DNA from: Pelagibacteraceae bacterium
GTDB lineage: Bacteria > Pseudomonadota > Alphaproteobacteria > Methylaequorales > Methylaequoraceae
Direction of reading: 5' to 3'
Length of the DNA stretch: 64,000 bases
NCBI GenBank assembly: GCA_042090305.1
Contig: JBELJQ010000001.1
Span: 107,967 to 171,966 of the forward strand
How positions within the stretch are numbered: the stretch's first letter is position 1; each line of letters starts with the position of its first letter. Positions 59,012-64,000 of the stretch are shown here, piece by piece. A program made the translations under genes and the position numbers. Under the pieces are notes generated by a model. The model searched no databases. It saw only the letters and a program-made list of their open reading frames with translations, and was not told the origin of the DNA.

Positions 59012-61312
59012 CTAGTTAAAGAGCGAATCAAAGCTTGCCACAGCTTTAATATAAGCTGAAAGTGGCGCACCCGCTCTCGCACCCGTAGGATGCCTTGATG
59101 ATATATATGCAAGGTCAGTTGCGTTATTAACGCCAGCAACAACCCTGTAATTATCGTTTATTTTGTACCCACCTCTTAAATTTAAGAGGAATGCAGAGTC
59201 AATTCTTCCCGCTCGTGCATTAGGACTACCAATAGATTCCTCGGTCTCTGTTTCCTCAGCAGTACCGTATGTTTCTGAGTGGTAAGTCATATTAATTCCA
59301 AAATCAAATTTATTAATTTGATAGTCAGCACCGAATGAAAGTACGTGCTCAGGAATGTATGGTACATTTGAACCATCACGGCCACCCGCAAATATAGACT
59401 CAGTATCTGTTGTGGTTGAGTCACCGTCAAGATTTGCATTTGTAAACGTGTAGTTGGCAAAAAACGAAATATCACCAACACCTAATAGATTATCAGGACT
59501 ATATACTGTTGATAATTCAAGTCCTTTTGAAACTACGTTACCACCATTATCAGGAGAGCCACCAGCATTGGTGTTGTCAATAACAATAACATCTTTAAAG
59601 TCAGTGTGGAAACCAGTTACAGACATAGCTAAGTCATTATCTCCGTATCTAACACCAATCTCTTTAGCAATACTTTTCTCTGGGTTAAGTGGGCTCCCAT
59701 CATCTCTTGAAGCACTTGGACCAGCAGTGTTGAAACCTTTGTATACACCAGCAAACCATTGCCAATTTTCATCATGGTTATAAAGTAACCCACCGCCTGG
59801 AACAAATGCCCAAGTTTCTTCTTTCAGATTACTTGTTGTACCCATTGTAGCAGCTTTGTCTCTGTAATGCTGATCTAGGAATTCAAGTCTAGAGCCAAAG
59901 GACACTACAAAGTTATTGATTGTTGCAGCTTCTTCAAAGTAAAGTGCATAACCTTCTGTGGACTCGTTTCGGTCATCCGCTTGAGCAACACTTACTCCAG
60001 TTAATTGACCTCCTACAGCCTGTGTGAATGTGTGGGTTTGCTGATCTCTATTAATTTTGTCATAATGATATTTGAAACCAAATTTGAAATCATGACCTAT
60101 ATTCTTTCCAAAGAAGTCTGTATTGAATCTTAGATCCGTTTCATTTTTAATACCATAAGCAGCATATTGTCTATCATTATTCTTATATGTGATATTACCA
60201 GCTGCTAAGCCCTTGAAAATATCAAGATTTCCAGCAACCGTATTGGCCTTTGAAAGGATTGTTTGCTGTGAAACACTATTCACTTTACTCAACTTAAACC
60301 AGTCTCTGTAAAAACCGTTATAATAAACTGTCAAGTTGTTGCTAACGTTTTTATTAAAGTCAGATCTAAATTTTGCGTAGTAAGTATATGCGTTAGAATT
60401 CATTTGATCCAATTGACTCGCAACATACCTTTGATATGGGTCAGCATTGAAATCAGCCGTTGTTAATCCAGCGTATCCTTCATTATAGTCTAATGAGTTG
60501 TATGACGCCTTGATTTCTAATGTGTTATTCATCGTGGTTGGAAGTTGCCATAATAGCTTTACCATTGGATTAAATTGTTGTAATCCGCCAGCATCATCAC
60601 TGCCGTAACCTTTTCTATTTACTCCAGTGCCTGGTTCCACATTAAAGTCATGAAAACCATCATTTTCTCTGTAGTAAATTTCCCCAAGCATTGCTAGGGC
60701 ACCAAAGTCACCAGATATTCCATAATTAGCGTAACCATGTGTTACTTTATCGTTAAAAGATCCATATGAAGTTCTTAAATAATACTTTTCACCCAACTCT
60801 ACCGGAGTTGTCTGATAGTTTATAACACCACCAGTGGTATGAGGACCGTATCTAAATTGACTAGTACCTTTCAGTACTTCTATTGAATGCATTTTACCTG
60901 CTAGTGGTGAATAATATGCATCAGGTGCAGAATAAGGTGCAGGTGCAATATTGACTTCATCTTCCATCATTGTAATTGCAGCAGACCTTAACGTGTTAAC
61001 ACCTCTCAAACTAATATTAGGGAAAATACCAAATCCAGCTTCTTCTCTAGAATATACACCTGGTGTATTTCTCAGTATATTGTTGATGTTATCAAAGTTA
61101 TATTTTCTGATCTCCTCAGCAGGAATATAATCACCAGAGCCCGGCAGATTAAATGGTTGGTCAGGTGTAACAAAAATATTTACATCAGGAGCAACATAAG
61201 ACAATTGCTCCTGAGTATTTGCTTGATTAATCATAGTTATGATTGAAAGGAATGTTAACCATGACATTCTGCGGGTATATTTTGGTACCAACCAAGAAGT
61301 TTTTTTCTTCAT
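59012..61312 (-). CDS. TonB-dependent outer-membrane receptor
   Basis: 766 aa with a signal peptide, a plug domain (NILRNTPGVYSREE...ISLRGV...IEVLKGTSQFRYGPHTTGGVINYQT) and a long beta-barrel rich in Y/G/N/F. Its base composition is visibly more G+C-rich than its neighbours. Confidence 0.88.
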   Translation of the reverse strand: MKKKTSWLVPKYTRRMSWLTFLSIITMINQANTQEQLSYVAPDVNIFVTPDQPFNLPGSGDYIPAEEIRKYNFDNINNILRNTPGVYSREEAGFGIFPNISLRGVNTLRSAAITMMEDEVNIAPAPYSAPDAYYSPLAGKMHSIEVLKGTSQFRYGPHTTGGVINYQTTPVELGEKYYLRTSYGSFNDKVTHGYANYGISGDFGALAMLGEIYYRENDGFHDFNVEPGTGVNRKGYGSDDAGGLQQFNPMVKLLWQLPTTMNNTLEIKASYNSLDYNEGYAGLTTADFNADPYQRYVASQLDQMNSNAYTYYAKFRSDFNKNVSNNLTVYYNGFYRDWFKLSKVNSVSQQTILSKANTVAGNLDIFKGLAAGNITYKNNDRQYAAYGIKNETDLRFNTDFFGKNIGHDFKFGFKYHYDKINRDQQTHTFTQAVGGQLTGVSVAQADDRNESTEGYALYFEEAATINNFVVSFGSRLEFLDQHYRDKAATMGTTSNLKEETWAFVPGGGLLYNHDENWQWFAGVYKGFNTAGPSASRDDGSPLNPEKSIAKEIGVRYGDNDLAMSVTGFHTDFKDVIVIDNTNAGGSPDNGGNVVSKGLELSTVYSPDNLLGVGDISFFANYTFTNANLDGDSTTTDTESIFAGGRDGSNVPYIPEHVLSFGADYQINKFDFGINMTYHSETYGTAEETETEESIGSPNARAGRIDSAFLLNLRGGYKINDNYRVVAGVNNATDLAYISSRHPTGARAGAPLSAYIKAVASFDSLFN

Positions 61313-61327
61313 AAGAAATCTTCTTGA

Positions 61328-61348
61328 AATTAATAATTATTATCAATC
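61328..61348. promoter_or_regulatory. Fur-box-like AT-rich palindrome (proximal)
   Basis: AAATTAATAATTATTATCAAT contains hexamers related to GATAAT/ATTATC and lies 16-36 nt upstream of the receptor start. Confidence 0.3.
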
Positions 61349-61373
61349 TAATGTATTTTTCTTGGATGTCAAT

Positions 61374-61392
61374 GATAATGATTATTAATTTC
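61374..61392. promoter_or_regulatory. Fur-box-like site (distal)
   Basis: GATAATGATTATTAATTTC matches the 19-bp consensus GATAATGATAATCATTATC at 14 of 19 positions, including the first 9 in a row. Confidence 0.4.
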
Positions 61393-61539
61393 ATTTTTTT
61401 TTACAATGACTGCGGTCTTTAATTTATACTCCCCCTAGTTAATAAAGTTAGACTCTATTAAAAAAATAGTAATATTTTAAAAAAATATCATATAAAATAA
61501 TGCCATAAATTTTATGATTTAATCAGTCTGAGAGACCAT

Positions 61540-62376
61540 ATGAAGATAATAAACATAATGAAAATAAAAAATATTTTAATAGAAAATACAAAAAAACTGA
61601 ACAAATTATCCGTTATTTGTATTTTATCAACATGTATTTTAGTTATCTTCTTTCTTTTGAAAGATCCACACGAAAAAAAAGATATTGAATTAAAAAAAAC
61701 AGAAATTGAGATTACCGATTCATTAATTGAAGAGGTACCTACTAAGGTAGACGAACGTCAGTTATCAGTAAAAACTGATGCTAAAAAAAAAGCAAATGTG
61801 GAAAAAAAAACACCGCCTGTAGTAATATCAAAGAAAAAGTTGGAATCCAAAAAAATAGTAAAGGAGCCCAAAGATATTGTTCAGAATCTGCACAATGGCC
61901 TTATATCTATCAGACCAAAACAAACGGGAAATTTGGATAAAATTACTGTTCTCATTCAAAATACTTATAGAGTAGAAAAGATGTTAAGTTTGATTATTGG
62001 TAAAGAGTGGAAAAATGTAAGCATTAAAAAAAGAAACCAACTAGTAAATGTATTTACCGAGTATATTTCCAAAAATTACATTAGAAGATTTATAAAAATC
62101 AAAAAACCTATATTTACGACTAATGAAACTAAAGATGTTGGAAAAAATTATAAAATGGTTAAAACACAATTAATTGTTGGCAATGAGACGGTTTCTGTTA
62201 ATTATTTACTAAATGAAGTTAATGGTTATTGGAAAATTTTCGATGTTTTATTAGCCGGTTCAGTAAGCGAAATAGCAACCAAAAAATCTGAATTTGCTTC
62301 CTTCATATCAAAAAATAATGTGGATTCTCTTATTGAAGCAATTACAAAAAAAAATAAGATTCTATTGAGTGAATAG
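61540..62376 (+). CDS. MlaC/Ttg2D-like lipid-binding protein with N-terminal anchor and Lys-rich linker
   Basis: 278 aa with a TM segment, then a K/E-rich ~70 aa linker. The MlaC-like blocks are GKEWKNVSIKKRNQLVNVFTEYISKNYIRRF and WKIFDVLLAGSVSEIATKKSEFASFI...VDSLIEAI. Confidence 0.55.
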   Translation: MKIINIMKIKNILIENTKKLNKLSVICILSTCILVIFFLLKDPHEKKDIELKKTEIEITDSLIEEVPTKVDERQLSVKTDAKKKANVEKKTPPVVISKKKLESKKIVKEPKDIVQNLHNGLISIRPKQTGNLDKITVLIQNTYRVEKMLSLIIGKEWKNVSIKKRNQLVNVFTEYISKNYIRRFIKIKKPIFTTNETKDVGKNYKMVKTQLIVGNETVSVNYLLNEVNGYWKIFDVLLAGSVSEIATKKSEFASFISKNNVDSLIEAITKKNKILLSE

Positions 62377-62451
62377 CCTAAATTTATTTTTATTAAAAAT
62401 TTTAATTAAGCTTTGTGACTAAATTAAGTACAGAGTATGCTTTAATTCTAA

Positions 62452-63096
62452 ATGTTAAAAAAAATAAGCCAAAGTGATGTAAAAGAACTTAAAAAATTAC
62501 ACAAAACTTTCAAGTTGTATGACTATAACTATAAAAAACTTTTCTCACTTGAATCTTCAAAAAAGAACTATTTTTTAGTTCTTACATTTTTTTTAGCAAC
62601 AATGTCTATAGAGGTCCTGTTAAACCAACCCTTTAAAAACAAAATTAAAATTATACATAATAACGTTTCAAGGAGATTTTTTAAGTCTAACTTTGAAAAA
62701 GTAGATAGAATTGAAACAAATTCATTTGGTTTCTCTTTACTTATAATTCTCAGAAGATTAATAAAAGATAATAGAGAGTATACGCTATATTTAAAAGAAT
62801 TTTATGAACTGGCCTCTCTTCACTGGCTAGTTATTCAAAATTATAATTCAGATGAGTGCGATTATAAAATTAATCAGTTAAAAAGTTTGTGGAAAGTTAA
62901 AAACAATATTATCCTCAAAATTGACCAAGATTCCTTGATTGATTTAATAATAGACTTGTATAAAAGTTTTGAAATAGGAATTGGAAACAAAGCAATTATT
63001 AAAAGAAACATCGCATCGTTGATTTACTCTGTAAGCAAAGCTAATAAAGAGTTTAGAAGTGATGTTTTAAAAGAGTTTAAAAAAAAAATTAAGTAA
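62452..63096 (+). CDS. hypothetical protein
   Basis: 214-aa ORF with one possible TM segment and no recognisable motif. Confidence 0.35.
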   Translation: MLKKISQSDVKELKKLHKTFKLYDYNYKKLFSLESSKKNYFLVLTFFLATMSIEVLLNQPFKNKIKIIHNNVSRRFFKSNFEKVDRIETNSFGFSLLIILRRLIKDNREYTLYLKEFYELASLHWLVIQNYNSDECDYKINQLKSLWKVKNNIILKIDQDSLIDLIIDLYKSFEIGIGNKAIIKRNIASLIYSVSKANKEFRSDVLKEFKKKIK

Positions 63097-63149
63097 TTGA
63101 CAAATTAAGTTTAACTTTTATTTTTTTCTTCTATAATCGTGATCAGTTT

Positions 63150-64000
63150 ATGAATACTATTGTAATTTGGTCTTTTTTTTCTGGAGCGATTGCCGCTTGT
63201 TCTTTGACACTAGGTTCCCTCGTAGGTCTTACAATACGAATTCCCTCTGTAATAATTGGTTTGCTTGCAGCCTTCGGAGCTGGCGCCCTTTTATCTGCTT
63301 TAGCTCTCGAATTAATTGCGCCTACAGTTGAACACTTAGTAGCAGCAAACACACTAATTGAAATAGAAGAAAGTAAGCATAGTTTATTTATTCTCATTGG
63401 TGGGTGTATAATTGGTGGTTTACTATTTGTTGCACTTGATCAAATCATAGGACAAGGCGGAGGGTATTTGAGAAAGACTGCTTATATTATCTCTAAATCG
63501 GCTGTTGAAAGAAAAAAGTTTTTTAGAGAAATTCTAGCTGACATATCAAAGATTCCAATCTTTAAATCCGTACCACCCCAAGATATACAAGCCATAATAG
63601 TTAGGTTAAAGCCTAGGTTATTTCATGAAGGAGAAATTGTATTTAAAAGAGGAGATACTGCAGAGTCAATGTTCATAGTAAGGTATGGGAAACTTTCAAT
63701 TGACAGTCCTGACCATCGAGATATTGAAGTTGGTAAAGGGTCTATAGTAGGTGAGATGGCGCTTCTCAAACACACCAAACGGCCGTCTTCCGTTAAGGCT
63801 GTTGAGGAGACTGAATTATTGGTTTTGAGTGCTGATGATTTTAAAGAATTACGACAAAAAATACCTGAATTTGATGAGGTGTTAAAAAATCTTGCCGCTA
63901 AAAGAATTAAAGAAAATATTAATTTTTTAGAGCAAGATAATTTAGAAAGACAAAATTGGGCTAATCAAGCCATACAAGCAATTGATCAGGGAACTGCTCA
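63150..64000 (+). CDS. membrane protein (ZIP-like N-terminal helices) with cyclic-nucleotide-binding domain, 3' end outside the window
   Basis: This gene is not in the ORF track because no stop is reached. The frame is open from the ATG at 63150 to the window end. It has three TM helices (e.g. LLAAFGAGALLSALALELIAPTVEH). A cNMP-binding domain follows (FKSVPPQDIQAIIVRLKPRLFHEGEIVFKRGDTAESMFIV...GSIVGEMALL...RPSSVKA). Confidence 0.7.
   Translation, partial: MNTIVIWSFFSGAIAACSLTLGSLVGLTIRIPSVIIGLLAAFGAGALLSALALELIAPTVEHLVAANTLIEIEESKHSLFILIGGCIIGGLLFVALDQIIGQGGGYLRKTAYIISKSAVERKKFFREILADISKIPIFKSVPPQDIQAIIVRLKPRLFHEGEIVFKRGDTAESMFIVRYGKLSIDSPDHRDIEVGKGSIVGEMALLKHTKRPSSVKAVEETELLVLSADDFKELRQKIPEFDEVLKNLAAKRIKENINFLEQDNLERQNWANQAIQAIDQGTA

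Noticed and set aside
61428-61445. Inverted ACTAGGGG match to the tRNA-Leu acceptor end, as a possible right island border
   Set aside because: It is only an 8-nt match. By a rough estimate such a match is expected about once by chance on two strands of 64 kb.
63143-63397. 84-aa minus-strand ORF from the ORF track
   Set aside because: It lies entirely antisense to a much longer open frame (63150 to the window end) that has clear TM helices and a cNMP-binding domain. Its Ala/Pro/Lys-rich product looks like a mirror-frame artefact.

Overview
This is a very AT-rich, tightly packed bacterial window. Gene content and order fit a streamlined marine alphaproteobacterium, possibly Pelagibacterales-like; the taxon is an inference. 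All calls come from reading the ORF translations and the DNA by eye; no searches or statistics were run. Positions 1-29.5 kb are conserved core genes: nadD(partial)-proA-proB-obg-rpmA-rplU, phaA-phaB, gloB, metX-metW, hisC-tyrC, plsC, ftsE-ftsX, lysA, argH. They also include a compact ethylmalonyl-CoA pathway block: ccr-mcd-HIG1-like-PduO-type adenosyltransferase-etfB-etfA, divergent from ecm. A tRNA-Leu(CAA) at 29.7 kb marks a switch to accessory-type content that runs to about 58.5 kb. Gene cassettes there are separated by decayed tRNA 3'-end-like remnants, and no integrase is visible. The cassettes include a TPR-sulfotransferase, a circularly permuted ATP-grasp/alpha-E/transglutaminase operon, a FliB-like lysine methylase homologue, and an MBOAT/SGNH/carbamoyltransferase glycan-modification set. 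The strongest candidate for an undescribed system is a translationally coupled operon at 52.7-57.7 kb. It encodes an anchored unknown protein, an exported CotH-kinase/beta-helix protein, a VTC (polyphosphate-polymerase-type tunnel) domain protein and a DUF4956 membrane protein. The right end carries a more GC-rich TonB-dependent receptor with Fur-box-like sites, an MlaC-like protein, and an unlisted partial gene for a ZIP-like membrane protein with a cyclic-nucleotide-binding domain. Two genes are interrupted at long poly(A) tracts (A9 and A12).
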